In this document: positions 1 to 12,013 of the stretch, piece by piece
Layout of the letters: every line of letters starts with the position of its first letter
Numbering within the stretch: the first letter of the stretch is position 1
Source of the DNA: Eledone cirrhosa
Taxonomy: Eukaryota
DNA: 64,000 nucleotides
Direction: 5' to 3'
Assembly (NCBI GenBank): GCA_964016885.1
Contig: OZ024747.1
Coordinates: forward strand, 37,758,001 to 37,822,000
Position numbers and translations under genes: made by a program
The notes under the pieces: model-generated
What the model was told of the DNA's origin: nothing
Databases searched by the model: none
Seen by the model: only the letters and a program-made list of their open reading frames with translations

Positions 1-910
1 TTTTAAAGAACTCCTTGTTCCGTGATATTGATTCGGAAGTCGAGGAGGGCAAGTGACCCGTCGTCGTTGGGGTGTTCAACACTGAAATCAATGTTCTCGT
101 CCGTGTTGTTGAACGTCTCAAAGATTCTGTTCGCCATGTCTTGGGAAGATGTGAGGATGAGGATATCGTCCACGTACCTTGAGAAAAAGGCGACGGCGTT
201 GGGGTGGCAGGCGTTGAGTGCCTTGCGTTCGAGGCTGTCCATGTATGAGATCGCTAGCACACCCGCCAGGCTTGAGCAGTCCCGAGGTTTGCTGGTATGT
301 TTGGTCGAGGAATCCGAAGTATGTGTTGTCATCGACGATGGATAGGAGTTGGTGGATGTCAGTGGTGGTGATCCCGAAGCAGTGTAGGTCGGTGGATTGG
401 ACGCGTTCCATCAATATATTAATGGCCGAGAGTGTCGGGACGGAGGTGTAGAGATCGACTACATCAAGGCTGAAGGCATATCTGTTAGCCTTTCTGGTGT
501 CGGGATCCATTTGATGCAGGCACTCCAACACCTCCTCGGAGCTGTTTACCTGTCCCGGCAAGGTGTCTAAATGGGTTTGAGTATTCTGGCTAGGAGCCAT
601 GAAATTTTGTAGAGCGGTCCTTCCACGATCGATACTATGGGTCTGATCTTCAGGTCGGGTCCCTATTTGTGTGTTTTCACGAGGTGGTAGAAGGTGGGTA
701 GTCTGCTGTTCCTTGTGAGGAGGTTGTATCTCAGCTTCTTCGGGAGCTTCCGCAGGTCGCAGATGTTGGTCCAGGCGGCGTTGATGTGCTCCTCTATCTG
801 CGCGGGAGTGACTCCCGTGACCTTGGAGTAGAGGTTGTCAGCGTAAAGGTGTTGGAGGGCCAGGGTGTTGTAGGCCTCTCTGCTGATGACGCAGAATTCT
901 TTTCCCTTGA
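1..910 (-). mobile_element. Degenerate PLE reverse transcriptase fragment, related to the 32242-34263 family; runs off the window
   Basis: Frameshifted ORF pieces read KGKEFCVIS...RLPTFYHLVKTHK, FSLDVVDLYTSVP, YQQTSGL and FFSRYVDDILILT, colinear with the ORF at 32242-34263. Confidence 0.9.
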
Positions 911-1296
911 CGACTATCATTGCATTTAGATACAGTGAATGATTGGTCTTTGTTGTTAAGGTCAAACTTTGCTTTGTTAGTAATTGCTTCAAATTTTTCG
1001 ACTGTCTTTTACTAAGAGTCAAAGCTCGGTCTGTGACTAAACCTTTTAATTCATTACTTTGTGTAATGATCGGTCGGTTTGCTTTGGCAGTGTTGAAGAT
1101 ATTCTGGTGACATGGGTTGTGTGTCATTATAAATGGTATGACTAGTTCTTGGTTTCTTCTTCCTTGGGTTGTCCTAAGTTGTTGTATAGGTATTTTTATA
1201 GCCAGCTGTATGCCATTTTCTATAAGTAGAGATGGGTATTTTTGTTTGAGAGATGAGTAGTACAAAATTACCATTCCCAGATATAATGGTAATCAA
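911..1296. mobile_element. Two fragments of the Neptune-type PLE: 911-1250 on minus and 1248-1296 on plus
   Basis: 911-1250 is the reverse complement of about 19721-20060 (LKQKYPSLLIENGIQ...). 1248-1296 matches about 19484-19531 (gagatgagtag...aaattaccattcc...aatcaa). Confidence 0.85.
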
Positions 1297-3789
1297 CATC
1301 AGATATAGGTAAGATTAGTGAAGTGACCCTGGATAGAGTAATACTTGAACTTAATAGCAAAGCTAAGGTCTATCTCTGGAGCAACACCGACCAGGTCATT
1401 AATTGGTTCACCGAGTTGCCTGATAAAACAACTCTAAAGTTCATCCAGTTTGGCATAGACAGCTCTATGTCTCTATCTCCTCCATACTCTTAAACAAGGC
1501 CCTTATCTTAGTTAGGTCTAACACTAGCCTCACTAAAAAAGAGATAGAGATAGTACTAGCAGCGCGTAGAACAATTATCCATTTCGAGGGCTCCCTTTGG
1601 ACCAGAACCAACCGTCCTGATAACTTCGATATCACGATAGGGTCCAGTGACTCACCGCAAGTGACCGACCTGGTTGGAATATACCTCCTCCATAGACCTA
1701 GGGACGAGATACCGGTCTTACAAGGAGGTGTATATGGGGACGACGCCCTATTTACCGTTAGAAACCATAGCCCCCGCAGGATAGAGAACCTTATCAAGCG
1801 CGTACACATGTTCTTCAAGTCATACGACCTATCCGTGACTATAGACCTCAACCACCAGATAGTCAACTTCCTGGACGTGACCCTGGTGTTGGGTACGGGC
1901 CTCTACAAGCCGGTGAGATTCTATCATATATTAATTATGCATCCAACCACCCTAAGTCTACTCTCAACTCCATAGCATATCCCATCATAGGACGAAAGTT
2001 ATAGTAAGCCATACCTATAACCGAGTACGCAGCGGCCAAAACATAGTCAATAACTATAGTATAGAGAATCGCACTAGGAAACACGGTCGTACCGTTAACT
2101 ACACGAGTGGTGGTGTAGAAGACCTACCGCATAATAAGGGTCACGGTACAGGCAACGTTAGCTGCTGTAGACTACTAGAATGATTCCCTTACTATAATAC
2201 TAACAATAGCGATGGCCTATTACATACACCTTCCAGACAGCGTTTAGCTACACGAAAACGTAATAGAAGGAAGGCGAGTGCACCCGAGCATAAATCGAAG
2301 GGGACGCGTAATAGGTTGCAGCACAGTAGCAACAATAATAACGGTTACTTAGCCAACACGACCCGTAGCAAGCCCACAGCTACACGTAACCGCCACCGTA
2401 ATGTCCTATGGTTCCATCCTCCCTACTCTTGGAGTGTGGCCTCCGACTCACCCAGGATATTCTTCGAAGCCTTAGTGAAGAATTTCCCACCCAACCATAA
2501 ATACAGGAAAATCCTCAATAAGAACAATATTAAAATATCCTTCTCCACGACTCCTAACTTAGCAGACGTCATAGGGTTAACTAATTACAGTAATATCAGC
2601 AAGACACGGCACCTTAGCACTGATACGTCTAGACTTGACAGCAACCCTAATAGCCTTAATGCTTCCCTTGCAGCGCCCAATAGTGTGGGCGGCAGCCCGA
2701 TCAGAAGCAACCGACATAACTGGCGAAGCTGGGGAACATGCTGGTGACCTGTACGGGTCACGCGGCAGCAACAGAAGGCGCTGCAGCGTGCGGAGCAATA
2801 ATGGTACTACCGCCGCACGCCATAGGATATAATAGTACTAACTACAGAGATAGAGGCGGTGGCGTGGATAATAACATAGGTAGCAATATTAATAGCTTGA
2901 CTTCGGGCACCAGAAGCGGCCGCGACCGAAAATGCAACTGTCGAGACCCGGGTAGGTGCCCGAAGTCAAGCTGAGGGGAAGTTGCCTGACAAGATAATGT
3001 TATTTTTAGGTGCACCATAACTGGCCATAATAGCGTTAAACATTATATAGGAGCCACTTCTGGCCCGTTCAATACTAGATTTCGGACACACATCCACTCT
3101 TTTAGAAACAAGAAACTAAGATACTCCACGTCACTCGCCAATTACATCACAACATTAAAAGACTCCAACATAAGCTTCTCCACACACTGGGAAATTGTCA
3201 GCAGGGCAGCACCGTACGATTTCAAGAGGAAATGCGAGCTCTACCTCATGGAAGTTTACCATATCATAAGAGCACCCCTCGAGCTCATCAACAGCAGAGC
3301 AGAATCGTTGATAAACTGCAGACACAGAATAGCTCAGTCTTTCTTCGGATGGAAAGGGATAGAGACCTGAAAACCATAAACCGGGTCCTCCTGCACCAAA
3401 CCACAACACTCCGATGGGTAGGCTGCGCAAATAAACATCTGTACACCAACTATGCATCTCAGACCCTGCCTGAATTGACAATAGTAAAGTAGCACCCACA
3501 AATTAGTAATGGAAAACCACCATCATGTGAACGGGTTATAAGCCCTTTGGGGACAATTATTCAAACACCGGCCAGAGTTACTCCCCTTGCTCTGTGTCAA
3601 TAACAACGTGTATGTTTGAACTAAGAATGAACTTTTTATGTATGTATCACTTTAAAACCCCTTCTGGGTCCTGTACTGAACAATCTGTAGTTTTCTATGC
3701 TCTTGAGAAGTCCGTTTCGAGCGAAACGTACGTAGGTGCTTTTATATAAACATGTTCTGACAGTATATATTCTCATTTGTAATCCTTTC

Positions 3790-3790
<1 letters not shown>
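1297..3790 (+). mobile_element. 5'-truncated degenerate Hydra-type PLE (RT + GIY-YIG + 3' UTR)
   Basis: Motifs SDIGKIS, FDITIGSSDSPQVTDLVGIYLL, VYGDDAL, WFHPPYS, CNCRDPGRCP and YIGATSGPF are homologous to the 6004 ORF. It ends in (TA)n. Confidence 0.9.
3697..3740 (+). ncRNA. Hammerhead-like motif, U3-A8 core variant (degenerate)
   Basis: TTGAGAA-[gtccgtttcgagc]-GAAAC GTAC GTA. Stem III is the palindrome ACGTACGT with a GUA triplet; stems I and II are imperfect. Confidence 0.5.
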
Positions 3791-4146
<356 letters not shown>

Positions 4147-4348
4147 TAGTATTAGTTATACTATTTATGGTTATGTAAATACAAAGCCTTAAGCAGTTGT
4201 AAGTATTTTACACACACCCTAAATAGTGGTAGGCAGTAACGTATTACTACCTTATTACCAGTAAGTTAAGTAGCTCAATGTAAAAACATCAGATGATTTA
4301 CAGAGCAGTTATATGAAATATAAGAATCAAAGAACTGTTCAAAACATT

Positions 4349-4401
4349 ATTGTGCTTACAGCTGTTTCCTCCAAACCGAGGTTTGGATTCTTCGGAGCAA
4401 T
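4349..4401 (-). ncRNA. Minimal type-I hammerhead ribozyme (inverted pLTR copy)
   Basis: Reverse complement of 5706-5758. Confidence 0.75.
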
Positions 4402-5705
4402 TTATTAATGCATGGACAGTTATATGACCTCCTTTTCAGCCGAGAGACATACCAAATACATATTCAAACATTGATACATATTCAAACATTGTGGGTCAAC
4501 ATTCATTACAGAATTTAGAGTGGCAGTACACACTTCGAGATTACATTTATATTAATAGGTACAATCAAAAATCAAAGATATAGGTTAAAGTACAGCATGA
4601 AGATAAGTGGTTATATAGTGCAAATGTTATATGTGTGGCACGCATGTGCGTCTTGTTTATATAGTGTGGCAGAGAGATATGTGTGGTAGAGGCACTTAGG
4701 TAGGTAAATAAGAGTGTTAGGTTGGTAGGTCTGGTGGCAAAGTCTTTATATGATTGATATAGTCTGTGTGTGGAGAAATATTATAAGCATTAAAGATAGT
4801 GCAAGCATTAAAAGTGTTATAAGTATTGGAGATGCACAGCGCAGGGATGTCAAGTAATTCATGTACTTCGGCATTTTCATGGTCAAGGGAGTGTATATTT
4901 CGATTATATGCCTTTCACATAATCCACGACAATCCAGTAAGAGATCGTAGTCTGGTGTTCTTTAGTTCGATACAGGGGGATGTTACGTTTCGAGAAACGC
5001 CATTGAATACCGGAAGTGTGTGTGTGGCTAAGGGGAGTTAATGCATGCGGGGAGGTAACTCTGGGGTTTCTATATCTAGCCATTAAAATGTGTCCCAATA
5101 TAGACCCTAAATTCTATGGTGAGGTGCACCTTCCAAGAGAGACTTTTAAAGCATAAAGTGTACTAACTATAGAGTAGTTTATATTATTATTAAGGTGGAT
5201 TAACCCATCTTAAGGTGCTACAAATGGAAATTATAGATGATGAGCGAGGATTCTAAAATGATCTCTGTGGTTGTAGTCTGCTCATATGACCAGGCGCGGT
5301 GATTGCAGGATTGCTTCAGGACCCAATGATCTCTGGTAAGATCTGGGTCATCGCTTGCTACATTGGATGTCGAAAGATAATCGTCCCCAGGCAGGCCAAG
5401 GTCAATCCTAAGTGCCTCTACCACACATATCTCTCTGCCACACTATATAAACAAGACGCACATGCGTGCCACACATATAACATTTGCACTATATAACCAC
5501 TTATCTTCATGCTGTACTTTAACCTATATCTTTGATTTTTGATTGTACCTATTAATATAAATGTAATCTCGAAGTGTGTACTGCCACTCTAAATTCTGTA
5601 ATGAATGTTGACCCACAATGTTTGAATATGTATCAATGTTTGAATATGTATTTGGTATGTCTCTCGGCTGAAAAGGAGGTCATATAACTGTCCATGCATT
5701 AATAA

Positions 5706-5758
5706 ATTGCTCCGAAGAATCCAAACCTCGGTTTGGAGGAAACAGCTGTAAGCACAAT
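5706..5758 (+). ncRNA. Minimal type-I hammerhead ribozyme, C4 variant, in the 5' pLTR
   Basis: tgct CCGAAGA a tccaaacc tc ggtttgga g GAAAC AGCT GTA agca. Stem I is tgct/agca, stem II is 8 bp, stem III is the palindrome ACAGCTGT, and the triplet is GUA. Confidence 0.78.
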
Positions 5759-6003
5759 AATGTTTTGAACAGTTCTTTGATTCTTATATTTCATATAACT
5801 GCTCTGTAAATCATCTGATGTTTTTACATTGAGCTACTTAACTTACTGGTAATAAGGTAGTAATACGTTACTGCCTACCACTATTTAGGGTGTGTGTAAA
5901 ATACTTACAACTGCTTAAGGCTTTGTATTTACATAACCATAAATAGTATAACTAATACTATTAACTGCTCCATATCGTTGAGCTGACATATAATATTGCC
6001 AAT

Positions 6004-8463
6004 ATGCTAATCAAAGACCAACTCCCCATGTCAACCAAGAACATACCAATACCATCCAGGAATACATATGAGAAATTGCTGATCAACAGTGTAAATTCAT
6101 TTATCAATAGAGTGAGATGGAGGACATTCCATTATGATAGAAACAAATCTAACAACTTGAATAATACTAACAATTTTGACTCCTTCGGCTTTAAAACCTT
6201 TAAAAGCCCCCCTCATAACACTCTACTTAACTCCTTTGAAAATGACCTAGTTAAACTAGTTAAGAACATTAAATACAATAAGCACCATATTAGAAGCAAC
6301 ACCTTCTTAAACAAACTTAACACTTCTATTAGTGGATTCAAAACTAGTAATAAAATTATTGTACACGCAGATAAAACTAATAACATATACAGCCTAGATT
6401 ATATTACTTATAGAAAGTTTATATATAATGAACTACATAAAAGCTACAAAAAAACCACCTTGAAAAACTTAGAAGATATTAATGTAGAGGGTTATAATAT
6501 AGTGTCTAAACTAGGACTACAGAGGCATACACAACCTTTCACTCCGAACCCCCCTAGATTCTCTCTGAAGGACCATAAGGAGAACTTCATCAGCAACCCC
6601 ACGATAAGACTTATCTGCCCTTCCAAGTCCGACATTGGTATTATCAGCAAGAAGATTTTGGATAAAATCATCCCACAAATTAAACACAAGATACACCTTA
6701 AACAATGGGGAAATACGGGTGAAGTAATTGAATGGTTTAAGGATATCAAGAATAATAAAAACAAAAAATTTATTCAATTTGATATCAATTCATACTACAC
6801 CTCTATTTCCCCTATCCTATTAAATAAGGCACTTATCATGGCCATGACCAATAGCGACCTGACTAGAGCCCAGGTTGATGTCATCCTTGCGGCCCGTAAA
6901 ACCATAATCACCTTCGAGGACCAACTATGGACACGCAAGGATACGCACAACAACTTCGACATAACCATGGGATCTAGTGACTCGGCGCAGGTCACTGATT
7001 TGGTCGGCCTATACCTCCTCAATGAAATCCATAAAGACCTCCCTTACCTCAACGGTGGTTTGTACCGCGATGATGCACTTCTACTCATAGAATATAAAAA
7101 ATTTAATATAGAAAGAACTAGAAAACAACTGCATAAGACATTCAAAAACTTTAACCTTAGTATCACCATGGACAAAAACACTAAAAATGTTAACTTCCTA
7201 GACGCCACACTATACCTAGACTCAAAAATATATACACCTTTCCATAAGCCTAATGAGAAACTTATTTACGTAGATACCAAGTCTAATCACCCTAGATCAA
7301 TATTAAACTCTATCTCTAAGGGGGTGTCCAATAGAATCTCTAGTCTGTCCTATGACGCAAACATATTTAGCAAAAACTCACAATATTACAATCAAGCATT
7401 AGCTAGCTCCGGCCATAATATAGAAATTGAGTTCCTACCTAAGAAAACACATAGCTACAACATAATCTCGCACAACATGTCCATGAGGAAATCTAATAAT
7501 AGGAATAGCAACCACAAGTACACCAAAGCGGAGGGTGCCACAGGAAGTAACCATTACCATGGAAACTACTGTGAGGCCTTAGGAGGAAGCAACACACCAA
7601 ACACTAAAAACAAAAATAGAAGAAGAAATAATACATTTTTCAACCCTCCTTTCAACCTAAATGTCTCCACCAACATACCTAGGGCTTTCTTCTCACTACT
7701 AGATAAAAACTTCCCTCTAGGACACAAGTACCACAACCTCTTAAACAAAAACACCATTAAAATCTCATACTCTACGACGCCTAACTTAGCATACCACATA
7801 GCTAGCAGCAATAATAGTAAAATTAGTTCTTACTTCCAACAAACAAAATCACAACAGGATGCAAACCCTCTAAATACCACTGTAGCAAGCAACAATAGCA
7901 ACGGCAGTAACAATAGAAATAACACTAGTATAAGTAATAACACCAGGGTTGCCAACCCGAACACCCAAAATCCTATATCCACCACACAGACTTCCGCATT
8001 GCATTATAACCAGCGGACTAACGCACAGAATAATTGTAACTGTAGAGCTAATAGAACCTGCCCTTTAGATAAAAAATGCCTAACCAAGGATGTCATATAC
8101 TCATGCACAGTCACGACTAATAACTCTTCAGAAACCTATGTAGGCTCCACTTCTAACTGCTTCAAAATCAGATATAACTCGCACATCCACTCGTTCAAAA
8201 AGCACAGCCTAGCCAACTCCACCTCACTTTCTAGCTACATACACTATCTAAAATCTAAAAATAAACCATACACACTCAAATGGGAAGTGATAGGCAGCGC
8301 GACCTCGTACAAACCACCTAATAAATTCTGTAACCTCTGTATTCTAGAGACACACAATATTATCTTCTCCAACCGTAACCTACTTAACAAAAAATCTGAG
8401 GTGTTTGCAACTTGCCAGCACCGCCTCAGACATTCCTTCCAAAACTTTAAGCCCTATATATAG
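6004..8463 (+). CDS. PLE polyprotein: reverse transcriptase + C-terminal GIY-YIG endonuclease (Hydra-type), 819 aa, uninterrupted
   Basis: RT motifs are ADKT, FIQFDINSYY, FDITMGSSD and GLYRDD. The Cys linker is CNCRANRTCPLDKKC. GIY-YIG reads VIY...YVGST...FKIRYNSH, then CNLC..E...LLNKKSE and a terminal CQH. Confidence 0.96.
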   Translation: MLIKDQLPMSTKNIPIPSRNTYEKLLINSVNSFINRVRWRTFHYDRNKSNNLNNTNNFDSFGFKTFKSPPHNTLLNSFENDLVKLVKNIKYNKHHIRSNTFLNKLNTSISGFKTSNKIIVHADKTNNIYSLDYITYRKFIYNELHKSYKKTTLKNLEDINVEGYNIVSKLGLQRHTQPFTPNPPRFSLKDHKENFISNPTIRLICPSKSDIGIISKKILDKIIPQIKHKIHLKQWGNTGEVIEWFKDIKNNKNKKFIQFDINSYYTSISPILLNKALIMAMTNSDLTRAQVDVILAARKTIITFEDQLWTRKDTHNNFDITMGSSDSAQVTDLVGLYLLNEIHKDLPYLNGGLYRDDALLLIEYKKFNIERTRKQLHKTFKNFNLSITMDKNTKNVNFLDATLYLDSKIYTPFHKPNEKLIYVDTKSNHPRSILNSISKGVSNRISSLSYDANIFSKNSQYYNQALASSGHNIEIEFLPKKTHSYNIISHNMSMRKSNNRNSNHKYTKAEGATGSNHYHGNYCEALGGSNTPNTKNKNRRRNNTFFNPPFNLNVSTNIPRAFFSLLDKNFPLGHKYHNLLNKNTIKISYSTTPNLAYHIASSNNSKISSYFQQTKSQQDANPLNTTVASNNSNGSNNRNNTSISNNTRVANPNTQNPISTTQTSALHYNQRTNAQNNCNCRANRTCPLDKKCLTKDVIYSCTVTTNNSSETYVGSTSNCFKIRYNSHIHSFKKHSLANSTSLSSYIHYLKSKNKPYTLKWEVIGSATSYKPPNKFCNLCILETHNIIFSNRNLLNKKSEVFATCQHRLRHSFQNFKPYI

Positions 8464-9877
8464 CAATGTCGGACTGGAACCTAACACCACATCTAGCATC
8501 AAACACCAGAAACACACCCTATACTACATACCCAACACTAGCTGATCCATTATAACACAAACAACGGCATCCCTCTGGAACCCTTCGCAGGGAAAATACC
8601 CATTTATACCTCTACGGCAGGTGTGACAACATCCACCCACTTGATGGCACTACACCGCTCTAAGGGTAATTTTGAGCATGAATTGATCGGTTGGATGTTG
8701 TTGGGCAGAGGAAACACCTTCCTTAGACAGATGTAAAATGATTTAATCGAGTAGCGCTGTTGACCAGTAGGACCGGGCTGCTGAGCGCAGTGAGTGAATG
8801 CAATGCAACTGCCGTGCGGGTTGTACGTATATGGATGATCTGACGGTCAGAGAGGGGTCGCGAGGACTGCGGATTGACCTTGGCCTGCCTGGGGACGATT
8901 ATCTTTCGACATCCAATGTAGCAAGCGATGACCCAGATCTTACCAGAGATCATTGGGTCCTGAAGCAATCCTGCAATCACCGCGCCTGGTCATATGAGCA
9001 GACTACAACCACAGAGATCATTTTAGAATCCTCGCTCATCATCTATAATTTCCATTTGTAGCACCTTAAGATGGGTTAATCCACCTTAATAATAATATAA
9101 ACTACTCTATAGTTAGTACACTTTATGCTTTAAAAGTCTCTCTTGGAAGGTGCACCTCACCATAGAATTTAGGGTCTATATTGGGACACATTTTAATGGC
9201 TAGATATAGAAACCCCAGAGTTACCTCCCCGCATGCATTAACTCCCCTTAGCCACACACACACTTCCGGTATTCAATGGCGTTTCTCGAAACGTAACATC
9301 CCCCTGTATCGAACTAAAGAACACCAGACTACGATCTCTTACTGGATTGTCGTGGATTATGTGAAAGGCATATAATCGAAATATACACTCCCTTGACCAT
9401 GAAAATGCCGAAGTACATGAATTACTTGACATCCCTGCGCTGTGCATCTCCAATACTTATAACACTTTTAATGCTTGCACTATCTTTAATGCTTATAATA
9501 TTTCTCCACACACAGACTATATCAATCATATAAAGACTTTGCCACCAGACCTACCAACCTAACACTCTTATTTACCTACCTAAGTGCCTCTACCACACAT
9601 ATCTCTCTGCCACACTATATAAACAAGACGCACATGCGTGCCACACATATAACATTTGCACTATATAACCACTTATCTTCATGCTGTACTTTAACCTATA
9701 TCTTTGATTTTTGATTGTACCTATTAATATAAATGTAATCTCGAAGTGTGTACTGCCACTCTAAATTCTGTAATGAATGTTGACCCACAATGTTTGAATA
9801 TGTATCAATGTTTGAATATGTATTTGGTATGTCTCTCGGCTGAAAAGGAGGTCATATAACTGTCCATGCATTAATAA

Positions 9878-9930
9878 ATTGCTCCGAAGAATCCAAACCT
9901 CGGTTTGGAGGAAACAGCTGTAAGCACAAT
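9878..9930 (+). ncRNA. Minimal type-I hammerhead ribozyme (3' pLTR copy)
   Basis: Identical to 5706-5758. Confidence 0.78.
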
Positions 9931-10232
9931 AATGTTTTGAACAGTTCTTTGATTCTTATATTTCATATATTTCATATATTTCATATATATATATATATGT
10001 ATATATATATATGTATATATATATATGTATATATATATATGTATATATATATATGTATATATATATGTATATATATATATATGTATATATAAGTATATAT
10101 ATATATATGTATATATATATGTATATATATGTATATATATGTATATGTATACATATGTATATATATGTATATATATATATATATGTATATATATGTACAT
10201 ATATGTATATATATATATATGTATATATATAT

Positions 10233-11510
10233 GTCACTTGTGGCAAAACCCTCAACAGGATGATTCTTAACAGGATCCAGCCTGAGATGGAGAAGAAGCT
10301 CAGGGACAACCAGAACGGCTTCAGAGAGGGTAGATCAACCACCAGTCACATCCTGATGCTGAGGAGGATATTAGAGGGAGCTAGAGCAAAGTGCCTTCCT
10401 GCGGTCATGGTTTTCATTGACTTTAGGAAGGCCTTTGATTCTGTGGACCGTTACTGCCTGATGAAGATCTTACAGGCTTATGGAATCCCCAAGAGGATAG
10501 TGGACCCGATATCACTGCTCTACACCAACACCAAAGCCCAAGTCATTACACCTGATGGGATGACAGAGTTCTTTGAGATACTGGCTGGAGTGCTCCAGGG
10601 AGATACATTGGTTCCCTACCTTTTTATCATCGTAGTGGACTATTGTATGCGCCTTGCACTGGAGAAACACCAGGACTCTGGCTTTACTGTAGCACCGGCT
10701 CAGAGCAGGAGAGTTGGGGCGAAAAAGGTATCGGATGCTGAATTTGCCGACGACATAGTTTTGGTGACAAACACAGTGAAGGAGGCAGAGGATTTGATGC
10801 GGGAGGTTGAGACTGTGTCGATGAGTGTGGGGCTGAGAATGAATGAGACTAAAACAAAATATCTGGTAGAGAATGTTGAGAAGCCAGAGGGGATCACTAA
10901 TGTAGGCGGGAAGCCGCTGGAATTGGTTGAGGACTTCCTGTATTTGGGAGCAAAGATTGGGAATACGGAAGATGATGTGGTTGAGAGGAAGAGCAATGCC
11001 TGGGCGGCGTGTCACAGCTTGAGATCGGTGTGGAGGTCGGACCTTCGTAGAGACCTGAAAATCCGCTTCTTCATTGCTGTAGTGGAGTCTGTGCTGCTGT
11101 ATGGGTCTGAGACTTGGACACTGACCAAGAGACTCACTCAGATGGTGGATGGGTGCTACACGAGAATGCTGAGGATGGCTCTGAACATTAATCAGTATAC
11201 ACTGAGGATGAAAAACTCAGAGCTGTATGGGAGCATCCCAAAAGTCAGCTCAAAAGTGACACAGAGGAGACTGAGGTTGGCTGGACATGCTCACCGACAT
11301 CCAGAGTTGACATTGCACTCAGTGCTCCTTTGGGAGCCCCTACATGGACACACTAGAAGAGGAAGACCAAGGTTAACATATGTTGATGCCCTAAGGACAG
11401 ACACTGGTCTGTTGGAGATGCAGGATATGGCAGCGATAATGAGGGGCAGAGACCGCTGGAGAGAACTCGTCCATGGATCTCGGGAATTTTACCCGCCTTA
11501 GATAGATATA
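10233..11510 (+). mobile_element. 5'-truncated RTE-clade LINE (RT and C-terminus open)
   Basis: Motifs [62 protein letters not shown] and RGRPRLTY. It has a (TAGA)n tail and is inserted in (TA)n. Confidence 0.93.
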
Positions 11511-11528
11511 TACATATGTCTGTATATA

Positions 11529-11609
<81 letters not shown>

Positions 11610-11616
11610 GTAAATA

Positions 11617-11665
<49 letters not shown>

Positions 11666-11707
11666 ATATATGTGTATATATGTATATATATATATATGTA
11701 TATATTA

Positions 11708-11759
<52 letters not shown>

Positions 11760-11804
11760 TGTATATATATATGTATATATTATATATATATATATATAAA
11801 TATG

Positions 11805-11866
<62 letters not shown>

Positions 11867-11972
11867 TGTATATATATATGTATATATTATATATATATAT
11901 ATATATAAATATGTATATATATATGTATATATTATATATATATATATATATAAATATGTATATATATATATG

Positions 11973-12011
<39 letters not shown>

Positions 12012-12013
<2 letters not shown>

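Noticed and set aside
663-1274. 203-aa ORF
   Set aside because: Chance read-through across junctions between different PLE fragments.
8464-9061. Possible selenocysteine read-through or SECIS, as described for Naiad PLEs
   Set aside because: The main ORF has no in-frame TGA and ends at TAG, the domain order is RT then endonuclease, and I could not identify a SECIS.
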